A DNA stretch of 64,000 bases, taken from Raillietiella orientalis (lineage: Eukaryota). How positions within the stretch are numbered: position 1 is the stretch's first letter; each line of letters starts with the position of its first letter. This document shows positions 29,201-42,415 of the stretch, piece after piece. The notes under the pieces were generated by a model. That model was not told where the DNA came from, ran no database searches, and saw nothing but the letters and a program-made list of their open reading frames with translations. The stretch covers positions 310,001-374,000 of the forward strand of contig JAYWIR010000043.1 in NCBI GenBank assembly GCA_036172245.1. Direction: 5' to 3'. Made by a program: the position numbers and the translations under genes.

Positions 29201-29553
29201 AGCTGCACGAGAGCGATGGGATAGCTCGTAGGGCCGAGGAAGCGGCAAAGGCTTCTGCCGGCGAGCGAGGAACCGGGTCAGGGGGGGGGCCTTCTTCCCG
29301 GAGGTGTCGCTGCGCTCATCCGTGGCTTTCCTCGCTTGCGGCGTTTAGCAAGAAGGGCGACCGACACAGCTCTGCTCCGGACAAAGAATTGCCAATCATC
29401 TTGAGCAGGAGCGGCAGAAGGCTGAGCTGCCTACTAGGAATAAATCCAGGAAACATGGCTGCCGAAGATGGAAAGTTCCTCCGGGGTTTCCCAGGAAAAT
29501 ATCCCGAAAGGAGGGCAGGGAGCGGAAAGCTCTCAAGTGAGATCCAGATGTCC

Positions 29554-29600
29554 TTATTTGTGATCTTTCGGAGGGCTGTGTTCCGAAAGATCACAAATAA
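29554..29600. repeat. Perfect 19-bp stem hairpin, 9-nt loop
   Basis: ttatttgtgatctttcgga-gggctgtgt-tccgaaagatcacaaataa. Confidence 0.95.
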
Positions 29601-29769
29601 TCCAAATGCTGGAGCGATGCATCCACTTGAGCATTCAACGCAGCCCTCTTGCTGGAAGGATCTCTTCCCATAACAAATGGCGGAGAATCATAGTTGCTTT
29701 GGGCTTTTATGCTGAAATCATTTTCTGATGGTAGAAATTCTTTGGGTGCGTATCTGTGGAATGTCTTCC

Positions 29770-30065
29770 TGTTTGCATACCTTGTTAAATTTTGATGGTT
29801 CAGTCTTCATTCGTGCCTATCCAGAAATATCCCTCGAAAAGAACGAAAAGGAAAGGCGAGAGCTAATCGAAATAAAATGTATCCAAAATCAAAAGCTTCC
29901 GTGGGATGAGAAGAGAATGCTGATATCATGGGTTACATTTTCGAACAGATGACAGGGAGGAACGAAGGAATGACCTGCATGCATGCAGTCTCGCCCGCCA
30001 CTTTGCAAGAGCGACATGCGATGCATCAAATGCAATGTCGCACTCTGTGTGTACTGTGGCACTTC
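29770..30065 (+). mobile_element. Decayed piggyBac/PGBD-like C-terminal cysteine-rich fragment
   Basis: Encodes ..KSDMRCIKCNVALCVYC, resembling the piggyBac C-terminal zinc-ribbon (RC-x-KC-x-VAL-C/H-x-x-C). Upstream sequence is frameshifted. Confidence 0.4.
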
Positions 30066-32100
30066 GGATGCATGGAAGCACGCTGGACCACGCAAGCTTA
30101 ACGTATGCTTACGAGTGGATCTCGAGTTTCAGTATTGGGTACAAAGCCCTGAATTTATCTGCTCTGAAAATAGAAATCTTCGCACAGGATGGAGGGATTC
30201 CCAATGCTCTGAGTACAATGGAGGCATCAGATGAAGTGTAGTCGATTTTGTCAAGGAAGTCGCATGTGATGATGCTTGAGATGAAGGCTTCAGAGAAAGT
30301 GCGATGAAAGGAGCGTCGAAGGGAGATAAAGAAAATAAAGAGTATCGCAACCCTTGCATGTCTGATGGCTTGAATGGTACCGTTATGGGCGACTTCATAA
30401 ATTGAAATTACCTTATTCTCGAAAGATCGGCTGGATGGACCTTTCATTTTTATTTGCAGCGCATCAGAAGCCCCTATTAACAGCTCTTTCGTTCCTTGGA
30501 ACTTTTTTTGCTTTTTCGAGCACTCTTGTTGCTTTCTCGTTTGACAAATCCTGCTGAAGATTATTAGGAAAATTCGAAGAGATTTGTAAGACTCGAAGGT
30601 TTCTAGAAGTCATGTCACTCTCATGAACGGATGTTCGAGACCAGATTCCTGCTTGGAGACCTGCCTCCAAGCATCATATCCAAAGTCAGATGACCAAGAC
30701 GACCAATGTTTGCATCTTTCTCCGTAGCTCGGAACAAGAGATTGTCGTTCCCATTATTAAAATAATAGTACCTTCTTTACAGTGGGAAAGTCAGCAAGCA
30801 GTGACATGATCCTAATAGCATGTATCCATACCCACCAGCGTTATCTCGCAGCACTCCCATATATGTTACTGACAAAAAAACCATAATCACTATCGAGTGC
30901 TTCGTTAGTATAATGGCATTTATCTTTAGAAAACACAATAATATATCCTTGATGACGGTATAATACATGATGACAATACACCCTCGCGAAATTTCACTAT
31001 TGCCATTTCCAATAGGCCTACCTGCACATATGCTAAACAACAGCAGTAACCCACCATTTCGAACTCAATTTTCAGAGACCATTGAGCCTTGAGAATTGAG
31101 CTTCCCCTGTAGACTCTGTCCCGAGCTACAGAATGCAAGAAAATAGCAGATATCGTACTCGAGCCCTATCTGTCTTGCCTCTTGTCCCCGGAATGAATGC
31201 CCCTGTTCACCTAACCACACCCACATCCGTGCTTGAGCACAGAAGAACTCCACTTCTCTACCGTCAGCCAAAAAGACTCCAACGCCCAAAGATCCCTTTG
31301 CAGTGCGGAGGGATCTAGCTGCCACTAACAGGAACAAGTCAGTAGGGCTTCATTGTTCCGTATCTCACAGAAGGTTCCAGGACAGACTTCTGAGAGAGTC
31401 TGAGAGGTCGGCTAGCCAATCGGATTTATGCGCTGTGGAGACATTTATGCTCCGGGTATCGAATTCCTGGGACTCCGTGCGTTACACGAGTGCTCTGCAA
31501 GGAGAAGAAGGTCCAAGTTGCCACCTAAATCCCTCCTCTGTTTCCTTGGCACATTGCGCTTTGCATTCTTTGAAACTCCTTCGGGAACAACAAGGTGGAT
31601 GCTTCGTTCCACACAGAAAACCGAGTCGAGCTCTGTCGCCCCAGGGAAGTGGTCCCCGGTGCTCGTCCTTCCCTGTCCACTCCATCCTGAGTAACAGTAA
31701 CCTCGGAAACAATTACCTCCTCGTCTCTAGTTTTCCTTTCTGCCCTTCCAGAGCTTCCTTGATTGCAATCAGGGAATTGGAAAAGAAAGCTAGAGGACCT
31801 TCTAGGGTTAATCCACCCTCCCACTTTCGCCTGCTCCAGGAGGCGACAGAGGTCGCCGCACAAAGGCCTGCTATCCCAGAGTCCCATTCTTATCAGGGGA
31901 GTTTGCCGTCATCCCTTAGACTGCAGTCCTTTACCCTCTCATTCTTCACTCCTGTGGACATTCCCCCCTGCCATGGCATCCACTCATTCGGAATTTCAGC
32001 GCGACAGGCAGCATAATCTTTTCCTCCCCTACCTTACGCGTGCCACCTCCATTTCTTTCTCCATATTCCCCAGTCTCATACAAATTGCTCCTGTCCTTAG

Positions 32101-32262
32101 GCAGCCTTGGTGCCAGCATTTATCCTGCAATGGTGGTGTCCAGGAACCAGCCCTGCATCGCAGGGAACGGGAGGAGTGCTGACAACTCGCCGTCTCTATC
32201 GCACAACTCCAGGAAATCCTCGAAAGCATCCAACAACTCGTTCATGATCCAGAAGCTGGAAG
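32101..32262 (+). CDS. Dgk: DGK coding exon 5 (G-SLGASIYPAMVV...DNSPSLSHNSRKSSKASNNS...KLE)
   Basis: Ser-rich linker resembling the insect Dgk D-x-SPS..SR-x-SSK segment; ccttAG acceptor, G|GTGAGT donor, phase 1 to 1. Confidence 0.8.
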
Positions 32263-35200
32263 GTGAGTGGCTACCAGAGAGAAGAAAAAGAGACAAGGGA
32301 AGGAAGCGGAAGCGAAAAAATTCAAGTGGGCAGGGGATTGGGAAGGGAGAAGTTCGACCGCTGGAAGGAGAACCGTTTAGGAGGGTCGCAATGCCTGAGG
32401 AAAGAAGAAAAGAAGCGGATGCATGAGGAAAAAGAGAGGTCGCTAAGGATAAAGGAGAAGAACGTCTACTATGGAATCACTTAGTGCCCACCCTTACGTG
32501 AGGAACGGTCTGAGTTATGTGAAGCGCAGTCCCGTCTGCAACACCTTCCAAGGGAAGAGCAGCAGAAGAAGAATGCAAAGAGCACCAGTGGAGGGAGGGG
32601 GAAAGAGGAGGGGGCAGAACACACTAGGTCGTTTCTCTTCCCTCACGTGGGAAAAGAGAATCAGCTCGGACGGCGAGGCTTACGGAGTTCTCCTGCGCCG
32701 TCATCTCCAGCACTCTTCGCAAGAACAGAAACCGCGATTTAGCAGCTTCCTCCTGCAGAAGCATTCTCGATACGAAGGAACATATAGATGACCATACTGG
32801 ATGTGGTTTCTTGTTTCTTCCTTCCTCGTCCTGCATCCCGGTAGGCTTTGCATCTTCATATCTCCAGAGGATAGGATTAAATCCCGGGCGTGGCAGAACT
32901 TCGTGTGTAGTAAGGTGGTGCTTCTTTAATGCACGGCGGTAAGATAATCGGACCCCAAGTCCCACATCACTTCTGGTGTTTCCTCAACCATCTTTCATTC
33001 TCCATTCCTTAAGATGAAGGTGGGCTGCATCTGTCTTTCGGCTCGACGAAGTACCCTTCGGACTCTTGGTCCTTCTTATCGATTCCTGAGTTTGACAAGC
33101 TGCTGCAGAGACACGGAACTTGGGAGTTTCTTGATGGACTCGGTGTCATCGGATCTTCGTTTCCGTTCCTTGCACATTCTGCAGACTCAAAAGAAAGCAT
33201 CTACTCAATGAGAGGATCTACCGAGATGCTTCTCCGAGAACACGTCATGTGACCAAAGACAATGGGATGCCTATTGTTGTCAAGGCGGAAACCTGGAGGA
33301 AACCTAGAAACAGCTCTACATGAGAAGAAAGATGGCGTCGAAGAGAAGAAAAGACCGATTTCAGCTCTTAAAGGCTGCAGCGCTTCAGTCTGCAAGAATG
33401 CCTTTCGTGCATCACAGAAATCACAGTCACAGTGACCGATGACGTAAGAGCAATCTGTCGTGATGGCTCCGAGATGCTCCCGAAAGATGTTGAAACGCTG
33501 ATATTGAGAACAAACCTCACGAACCGAGGAGCAAACTTTCCGACTTTCCATTTCATTGAACGGCCAGCTGGGTGGGCTTCGTGGGCATGCCATCAACAGT
33601 TGTGGGAAACATAGGTCTCTCAGGATCTGGAACCGAACGCCGAGCATTTTGTTTGAACCCTGAAGAGCTCCCCACGGCACCTAGGGCTGGCTTCCGATTC
33701 CATAGATTCTTGTCTTCATAGGATTTCAGGGTAAAATCAAAAAAAAACTCTGCATATACAGCATGAGCGGAAAGTCGAATTTTCCCGGACTGTTACTGTT
33801 TTATTCGTTTCGGTTGCTTCCATGGAAAGTTTCTTCCATCCAGCCATACGTCAGGGTTAGTCGAAGTTACGCTGAAATAGCAAAATGGAAACTCGAAAAT
33901 GCCAGAGTGAGTCCTACTGCAAGATCTTCCGCATCCTCATCTGCCTATGGATCCAACATGGCGACAGAGAAGAGATCGGAATTGCCGAAAGCGAAGAATT
34001 CTGGAAGACATCTTTTGAGGATTGCAAAACGGATCCGAGGAATTCGGGCTGAGAAATTACACGTGTTTTGAGATGAGTAGAGGAATCAAGGCCTTAAGAA
34101 ACGAAGGCATCCGATGGAAAAATCAACGAAAGCTCCTCACTGCCTACAGTTCTGGAAGAAGCAGGCAGCTGCTGAGGCAGCTGATGTGATAGCAAGACAA
34201 TTCGCGTCAACAGGAAGTGGAGAACTGGAACGGTCCTTGCCGCTCTCTGGGGATGAAGTTGCTCGGTTTAGCTGAAGGAAGTTCATTCGGCTCTCGTAAA
34301 TCCGGAGGAAGGCGAAAGATTAGGTTCAGGAGTGATGTCATCGCCTGCCATGGTGCATGAAAGTTTCACCAGCACGTGAAAACCTTGGTTTCAGTGAAGC
34401 AGATAACTAGATGGAGAGTCGCAAGAACTGCATCACAGTTGATTCGTGAGAGGATGTCCGCCTCTCGTTGTTGCATTTTGTTTTCTGTCCGTCTTTCGCT
34501 TTCAGGAAGCCCTGTGGACTTCCTGGGGATGTGCTATCCTGTAGGATAATGACTGCTCCCTAGAGACTCCCGGTGCAGGCAAGAAGGGGGCGCGAGTGCA
34601 GCAGAGTCCGGTCTCCAGCTGATTCTTTTTGGCATTCTTCTTCCCCTTTCCCTCTACCCCTGTGATACACGCTGGTTATGTCGGAAGCTTTGGAGTTCTG
34701 TGGAAGAGTCTGCCTACGGGAATACCCGTTTGGCTGCAGCGGTGTGCCGCCGCCCCGCCTCAGCTTTCAGCTCCGAATTCTCTCGAAGGTACCAGAACTT
34801 CTTTCGTTTTCGCAGGCAACTGCTCACGGCAGCAGCTAGAAGGGAGGAATCGAATTCAATGACAGAAGCAGCAGCAGGCTGCGCGCCTGTGGAAAACGAA
34901 GGATGCGGCTGTAGGTGCTCACAGGGGCGCGGGTGGAAGTTCTCTTCCGGGATGCTCTTGTTCGGGGAGCCCACGTCTTGTCCGAAGGGCGGAAGAGCTC
35001 TCGAGAGACCAATTGGAAATGCACGGTGGGGGAAAACGGTGGAAGGAGAGCGGTAAAAACGGTGGTTCCTCTGACCGTGATTTCATCCAAGCTAAGAAGC
35101 ACTCCCTGAAACTCTTCTCATTTCGTCTCATGGCAACCGAAACTCGCCAGCTTGACGTCGTTCTGGCTTTCTCTCTTCCTTGGCGCGTCTGTTTCCCATC

Positions 35201-36831
35201 GATATTTCCACAGACCTGCAGATAAAGGGGTGAAAGTGAAAGCCCGCAGCTGCTCCATCCCATCTCAAACATCGCGCCTCCAAACAAGGGGGTTCCTCTT
35301 TCTTGGGGACGAGTCGCCATCAAAGGGAGCTGACGATGAAAAACGACTCCCCTCTTCCTTCTTCGAGGATCCGACGAACAAAAAGTCCGAACACCGGAAG
35401 GGAAAACTAGGGGAAATCAAAATCGGTTCCCTAAGAGCGATCACTTTCGTCACTTTTCTTCTTCTGCGTGCCATTTCCTGTCCGTCTTCCACTTTTGATA
35501 AGCACTTTAGACTTCGATGTGCCATTCTGGAGGATGACTACCGCTTGTCAGAAACTTTCCAGACAACCGCAGCCTTCCTTTCGTGAACATCGGCGTGTTC
35601 CCTGGAGATCGGACTCCGCTGCGCTCCCACCCTTCCTTGCCTGCACCGGGAGTGCCAGCAGTTTCTGCGCAAAGATGCGGAAACAGGCGTTCCCTACTCC
35701 TCGATCACGACCGGGTGACCTAATGATCCGTTTGATTCTGTCGGCAGGAAACGTGGCCACTTCTTTAAGCCTTCAGAAAACTCGTTCTTTTCTCGCTCAG
35801 GGAGGCTCAAGACGAAAATAAGGAAGGAGGGTAAGGTAGTCAGCTCACTCAAGAAGAAATGTCACGCAATGATCAGTTCCCACCGCACACGAGCTAGGCT
35901 GAGAGGGAAACCATACCCATCTCTCTCGACAGACCAGACTCAGACTAACTCAGACTCCTCAAGCCGCGTCTGAGATCCTGGACCCTATGGGACACTCCTA
36001 CTATGGAGCGAAAGAGAAATAGAATGGAGATCATCCTGAGGATCCTGTGACCTTTGCATTTTAAAGACGTTTCTTGGACACTACTGCGGAGGTCAGTTTC
36101 CTCAACTCCAGAAACACACCGCTCTTGGGAATCGGAAGTATTGCCGACCCTCTGGAGCAGGATTCAAGGAACAGAGCTGGAATAATTCGCTTCGAAAGCT
36201 GACATTCCTGTGTTCAGGATTCTCCTGACATCATTACCAGAGATGCCTTTAAGGTTCAGCAGAGTGACTCGCAAAGAAAGCTCTCAGAGAGAGACAGGCG
36301 CCAAAGGACTTCGGTTTCCTCGTACTATGCAGCGCCACACGGCAACAGCAGATTTCTGGTTCTTAGGAAAAAGGAAAGGAGTTGTCTTAAGAAAACAGAG
36401 CTCCCTTGTGGAATTGAGGAGAATAAAGCACGACGAGATGAGTTCGTATCCGATCCACTCTTCCACCTACCAGTTTCCGACTCCTTTCACCTTGCAGTCG
36501 CGATCTCCTTCATTTTCCTGTTTGCTTCTTCCCACCATCATCACTTTTTCACTATTTTCTTTATGTTTCATTCCTACACAGTACTAGCTATCCATTTTTC
36601 TTTCTGCTTCCTCCTAGGGTTTACCTTCTCTTCCTCCTCCGCTCTTCTCTTTCTTTTCGTTCCATCTCTTTTCTTCTAGTGGTCACTTGGAAACCGTTTC
36701 CAAACATGCAATTTCCTGTATTCCCACAAAACACTCTTCGAGATGAATCGTTCCTCTCGAGATCCTAGAAGTTGTCTTACCATCTGGAGCAGCAGTGATA
36801 GAATAGGCAGATGCAAGCTCAAAGACTGACT

Positions 36832-36865
36832 ACCCTTGAGCTCCATTAATATGGAGCTCAAGGGT
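36832..36865. repeat. Perfect 15-bp stem hairpin, 4-nt loop
   Basis: acccttgagctccat-taat-atggagctcaagggt. Confidence 0.95.
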
Positions 36866-37658
36866 GTATCTGAAGGCCACTCGCTTCGTTGAGAAGCCAA
36901 AGTGAGTTCGCTTTGGCTCTCAACAGCTCTGCCACCCTCTGGGGAAGAGGGTGGAAAGGAAGGACGAGCAGATCTCGAAGGATTGCAGCACAGACTTTTC
37001 CTTCGCTGCATTCCCAGTTGCGCTTGCTATCCGTAGTTTCGTTTGCTCTGCGACGTTTGTAATTTGGGTTCCACAAAGTCCAGACAGTTAGATCGAAGAG
37101 GTTCCTCAGTTCTCACAGGACAAAAGGCTTCTGTTGATGATGATGATGTTTCTCATATCTCCTTGAGATGGGAGGGTGTAGCAAAGCACTGTGTCTGAAG
37201 AAACTCCGCGTCGCATTCGGCATTTCGGACCGCGTTCTTAACTTTTTCTCTTCCGGTTTTAGGAAGAAGCAAAGAGAGAGTGTGTCGAGAGATGATTCCC
37301 AACTTTTTCATGAAGTGTTTGTTTTGATTATTGGCAAGGGATCCTCTATAGGGGAAGGGTATTTGAAAGGTGCGATCAGTCAGAAGGATATCTCCATGAG
37401 AACCTTCGTGTCTCTTCCTAGACGTTCCCAGACTTACAACATATACGCAAACTAAATCGATAGCTCTCTCGAGCCGCGTGCGTGTCGTGCGATGCTCTTG
37501 AGCTCCTCCCATCCGGTGACGGAGGCGTTGAGTCGGACTTGAGACATGAGACCGAGAGGATGAGCCAACACGCCCGCGACGACGAGAAGCACACGACCGC
37601 AATGGAAGCGTGTTCGATCCACCCCCGTCAACCCCTTATTTCACTCTTTCCTTTCCAG

Positions 37659-37787
37659 TGGTACAGGAAACCAAAGGGACGAGGAAGTCCAGTGCTCTGG
37701 AAGTCTCCAAGGTGCGCGTGTCGCTCAAAGACATCATCTGCTACCTGTCTCTGCTGGAGGCTGGTCGTCCGGAAGACAAACTGGAAT
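37659..37787 (+). CDS. Dgk: DGK coding exon 6 (V-VQETK...[24 protein letters not shown])
   Basis: Highly conserved [22 protein letters not shown] motif; tttccAG acceptor, T|GTAAGT donor. Confidence 0.95.
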
Positions 37788-40700
37788 GTAAGTCTGTTGG
37801 ACTCTCCTCGGACTACGGAAACTGCCGGCCCCACACGCATATCGCGAGAGGACGGGGGGAAGCGTAGAGAAAAGAGATTTCGTCTGTCCTTCTGACAAAG
37901 CCCACGAAGATGACACGGGACTTTTCCTTCCTTCATGGGGGTGGGATACTTCCACCGGCGAGAGAAACGCACAGTGTCGCGCTCCTGACTTGACAGGAAG
38001 GAATCAGAGGAGGCAGAAAGCGGTGATGAGGTTCCTGGTGTATCAAGTACGCTATCATTGATTCAGTTCTTTCAATCGACAGTCCCTTTTGTACTTCTGT
38101 ACACTCTCCATGTACTGGTGCGCATCCCAAATCACCATCATTACATCATCACCGCCACTGACATTTTTATTTTTGTCGCCTGCTTTCCGGATACTGTAAA
38201 ATGTGATTTTTCTGATCATTGGAATCCATGGTTCTCCAAACGCACCAATCCGGCAGACGCACCTAACAGATGGAACAAAGAACCACTCACGTGGCAGAAG
38301 GCAGCAAGAAGCACAAGGAAGACAAGCAGGAACCTTCAAGAATCTGTCGAGGATTGGACTTTCTTGAAGTAAAGGATGCTGTAAGGTGATAACTTGAATA
38401 AGCAACCCTGGAACTGGAAGAGTGACGACTGCACACCTGAAGAGTGAAAGAGGGATGCTAGATTCAGCTACTGCTTATTCAATCCCATTTCGAACTCGTT
38501 TTGAGCATTCACTGTCTGGGGGAAACATTGCTGATTCTAGCGATATTTCTCAGCTACTTGAGAACGGATCTTCAAGCTATGTGATTCAAGGACTTCTAGT
38601 TTCCGTGAAAGCAAACTCATTGGAAGCATTTACTCTTGTGTCACAGTTTCTAATATCATTGGCTAAAGGTCTCTGCATTTCTCGCCAATAATCAGATCGA
38701 ATTGAATTATCTAATCCCCTTAATTATTAGTGGCTCACTTTGTACGTTCCTGGAACAGTTCTAATGTCTTCTCTTCAAGTAATTCAACTCTAAATCAATC
38801 CTTCCCAAATCTACTCCGGAAACCAAACCAGGAAGCGAAATTTCACATGATGCATTGGCTGTTTTTAGCATAAAAAAATGTAAGCAAACTTTAATTTCAC
38901 GAACAGTGAGATTCGCAGGAGTGCAAAAGTTAATGCAGAGTACATACGTACTGAATAGAAGAAATATAAAGATGGAAAAAGCTGTGTGCAAAGATTACCT
39001 GGAGAAGATGAGAAGAGAGTGACTTCCCTCCCGGTACCTGCGACAGCTTTGGTACCTCGAGATGCTAGGAAAAACATTAATTTATTGCGTGTGTAAGAAA
39101 ACAAATCAGCAGATGTTCCATCCTGCTGCATACGCTCTCAGAAGTCATCCCTCTGGTCTCACCGCCTTATGAAACATCCGTTGCAAGTGTTTCAACGATC
39201 CCTGAAAATCGATTTCGTTCTTTTTTTGTTCCTAATGGTGCTCGAAACTCGCAGTTCCTCTTCACGAAAGCCCACTTTCAAATGAGAGTCAGACATCAGA
39301 CAACTATATGGAGGACTCTGCAGGACCGGAAGTCTTCTGTAAGAGAGAGCAGGGAAAGCATTCGAGAAAATCACGAGCAAACACAAGTTCCGAAGACAGA
39401 TCACAGGGCACTTCAGAATACCTACACCCAAGTACGGTCTGTGATCAGAAATGAAGTCACATGACTTCCGGCTTTCTAAGATTTCAAATGGCCCTTCTTG
39501 GAATGAACGTTTGGCGGCTATAGAGTGCCCGACGGAGAGGTTCCTGGCTCAGCAGCTTTCAAAGCCACCACGGTGATTCCTCCCAGCTTTCTCGCGTGCA
39601 CGTACTGGTGTGCACCTCCTTTGCCACGATGTGGCTTACCTGGGAACCTTGAAAAAGTCGAGTCTCAGCTTCCAGTAACCAATGAGCTCAGGAAGACAGG
39701 GTCCAGATCCTTGGGCGTGCTGCGAGGCATGGCAATGATGGTGGGCACCAGCGGTCGACCATTGGTCTGCATCAGAATCCAAGCTTTTGATGAGGATATT
39801 TCGTGAAGAAAAGTGAGCAGACGAAGTCGTGTCAGACTCAATACGACAGCGGCAGTTCCACACTCTTGGAAATGATGATGATCCTCACATCCAAAGCGAG
39901 CGACCATTAAGATTGCGTCCGTCATCGAAAAGAATCTTGAACTGATAGCATGGCCCATGGTATAGGAGGAGACGGTTTCTTGGTAACAACGAAGCAAGCA
40001 TGCAAGCAGAGGTGCTTGCACCGTGATACGCGATATTCTTCCTTCTCTGCTTCCCTACTGTCGCGTTTTCCCTCTCCTGCGTATCTTTGAGCACGTCTTT
40101 TAGCTCTCCCGAAGCACATAGTCTTCTCCCTCCACCGTTCACGGTCTCCTGACAGGTCTTCTGGAACAACCGTAACGCCGGAGTCAGCTCCTCAGAACCA
40201 GAACAGGACGGTGGCTGGTTTCTGGCTATCAAAGAAAGAGCTTTCGATAAGCCCAGCGACGGTATGATGCCCAAGAATCTTCTTCCGTCTTTTTTCTCTT
40301 ACGCGTGGACGGCGGGACGCCGCAGCTGAAAGTCACTTGAGACTAACGAAAATAACCAACTTCAAGTGCTCCTTCTTGAAGAACCCCACGCAACCCAAGG
40401 CCAACTTGCCACCCATCCAACCTACTCAACAAGCATTGCCAACACGAGAACACACTACTCAATACTCAACTTTCGCTTCCATTCCTTTCTGAACACATCT
40501 CAAATAGGAAACATCAGCAGTGGCGGGGGAGCGCGAGCGAAAAAAAGGAACTGTATTAGGGCTTCGAAAAGTGATTTTATTAGGGGAACTTCAAAAGGCT
40601 CCTCCTCACATTGCCCCACTTGCGACGCGTTATCACCCTGAAAGGCAGTCCTCTTAGTTTCCTTGTTCACTTGACCTCCCCTCATGCAGGAGAGGTGGTT

Positions 40701-40987
40701 GCCCTGATAACGGCTCCATTTCATCGGCAACGTGGAAACGCCACTTTTCCCTTCTTCACGGTGGGTGCTGTGCGGGAAGACACGAGGGGAACAGACGCGA
40801 GATCAAGGAAGGGAGACCTCCTTCTCGGTCCAGCTGAAAAGGTGCCCTTGGCGATCAAGGACCCCTAGTCAGGAAAGAGAGAGGAGGCGTTCGCGGGAAC
40901 AAGGGCGATTTGACTCCTCGATCCCCCACTCACTCCTCTACATGCCCGCTGGCCAACAGTAGAAACCTTCCCTCTTTCTTGTTCCAG

Positions 40988-41037
40988 TTGTGTTCCGGCT
41001 GTACGATTCAGACGACAATGGCGTGCTGGACACACAC
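40988..41037 (+). CDS. Dgk: DGK coding exon 7, EF-hand 1 loop (F-VFRLYDSDDNGVLDTH)
   Basis: 50-nt exon with a canonical EF loop DxDxNG; gttccAG acceptor, |GTAAGT donor, phase 1 to 0. Confidence 0.92.
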
Positions 41038-41685
41038 GTAAGTACGGTGGGAATGAGATGGGGGGGGGCAGGGGAGGGTGGCTTCCCAAGCTGCAAATTA
41101 TAAGAAGGGGCAGACGCGTACCAACAAATCTTCTCCGTTTCCCTGGCGCCTTCCGAAAGTTCGGCAGTGGTGGCGGCTGTGCTTCTTCACGGAACACCAC
41201 GAGCGGCACAGCCGGATGCTGCATAACGCTGAAAGAGGCGGAAAAAGCACACCCGGTGCGCGTACCAACCCCCCGTTTCCTCCCACTTGATTTTGTTGCT
41301 GCTTCCTCTTCTGCTGGTCATCGACGATGCGGAAACACAAAAAGGGGGGAAAAAAAAAACAGCAATGAGGACGATGCCTCGGAAAGAGACTGCGTCGACA
41401 GCATCCCACAGTACCTTCGGGAGGATTTTCCTTCCTCCATGGGAACAATGACGGGAACGCGCCACACATGGTCGAATGCCACGCGGATAAGCTGGCGCTT
41501 TTGCGGTCACCTAGGCACCTCCTTGAAGAGGGGCAGCGAGAAATGAACGTGAGGAGTTTCCTGCCCTGCTTTGGTCCCCGGAGAAAGTGGGTCATGGGTG
41601 ATCAGATACGAGGGCGTCTTACGCAGACACTCGCAGCTCGCGTCAGAGGCCATGTAGCTGCTGAAGCTTCCGAGAGTGTCACCAG

Positions 41686-42415
41686 GCGTCACGGGTTCGA
41701 ATACTCGGCAAAAATCGACGCCGAGAGATGGGGGTGCGTCGTAAGTTCGAATTCCTCCCACAAGATGACGCTGGTTGCCTGCCTTCGTGTACGGCATCTG
41801 TAGCCGTTCAAAGCGGATGACCCCGATGAGTGGCCGGATCCATGGGAGTCGACCTTGCGGGGTCCTTCCAGGAAGCAGAATCAAGGAGTGGGAGAGTTTC
41901 CTTCCGGTCGTGCGAAGGAGCACTTCAGGGGGACCTCTCCGTCTGGTGCCATGTGGGTAGGCTGCGAAGCCACCCCTCCAGAGTGCGCAGAGAAGCGCGT
42001 CGCTCCCTTCGGGGATAGCCGCCGTGCGCGAGAAATTCCCTTCGGGGTTTTCTTCAGAGGAGCAAACAGGAGCGGTTCCCTCCGGAGAAAGAACCCCTAA
42101 TGGCGGATCCTTTCTAAGTCCCCTTCGGAGGGGAAAAAATGGAGCGGACCCTTCCGGGGGTCCGCTCCGGAGAGAATGAGGAAGAGAACATTCCTTTCAG
42201 GGTTCCCCTTCGGAGACAACCATGGTGGAGGTTTCCCTCGGGGATCCTTCCCCAGGCGTGGAAGGAACGGACTCCGAGTCCTCCCTGGATTCATAGGGTG
42301 ACTCCTTTCCCAGGGCACCCCCTGTAACTTGAAGAGCTAACCTGCACTCCCGGGTGACATGGGACACTGTGAAAGAGCCGCATGAGCAGCCAGGCGTGCG
42401 ACGGTTCTCGAGGTA
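41686..42415. repeat. 730-bp inverted repeat, copy A (intron 7)
   Basis: Reverse complement of 61096-61825. Mirrored ORF translations in the track are essentially identical; I saw only 3 substitutions by eye. Confidence 0.97.

Noticed and set aside
29521..29610. Helitron 3' end at the 19-bp hairpin
   Set aside because: The stem is AT-rich and there is no CTRR-then-T terminus at the expected distance on either strand.
34815..34862. Extra Dgk exon after the strong acceptor ctttcgttttcgcag
   Set aside because: In the required phase 1 it reaches a stop within 16 codons with no donor, and the gene model is complete without it.
41648..41710. tRNA gene or tRNA-derived SINE head (ggccatgtagct...gggttcgaatactcg)
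   Set aside because: A-box and B-box-like words are present, but anticodon and acceptor stems do not pair and the spacing differs in copy B. Not supportable without tRNAscan-SE or a family consensus.
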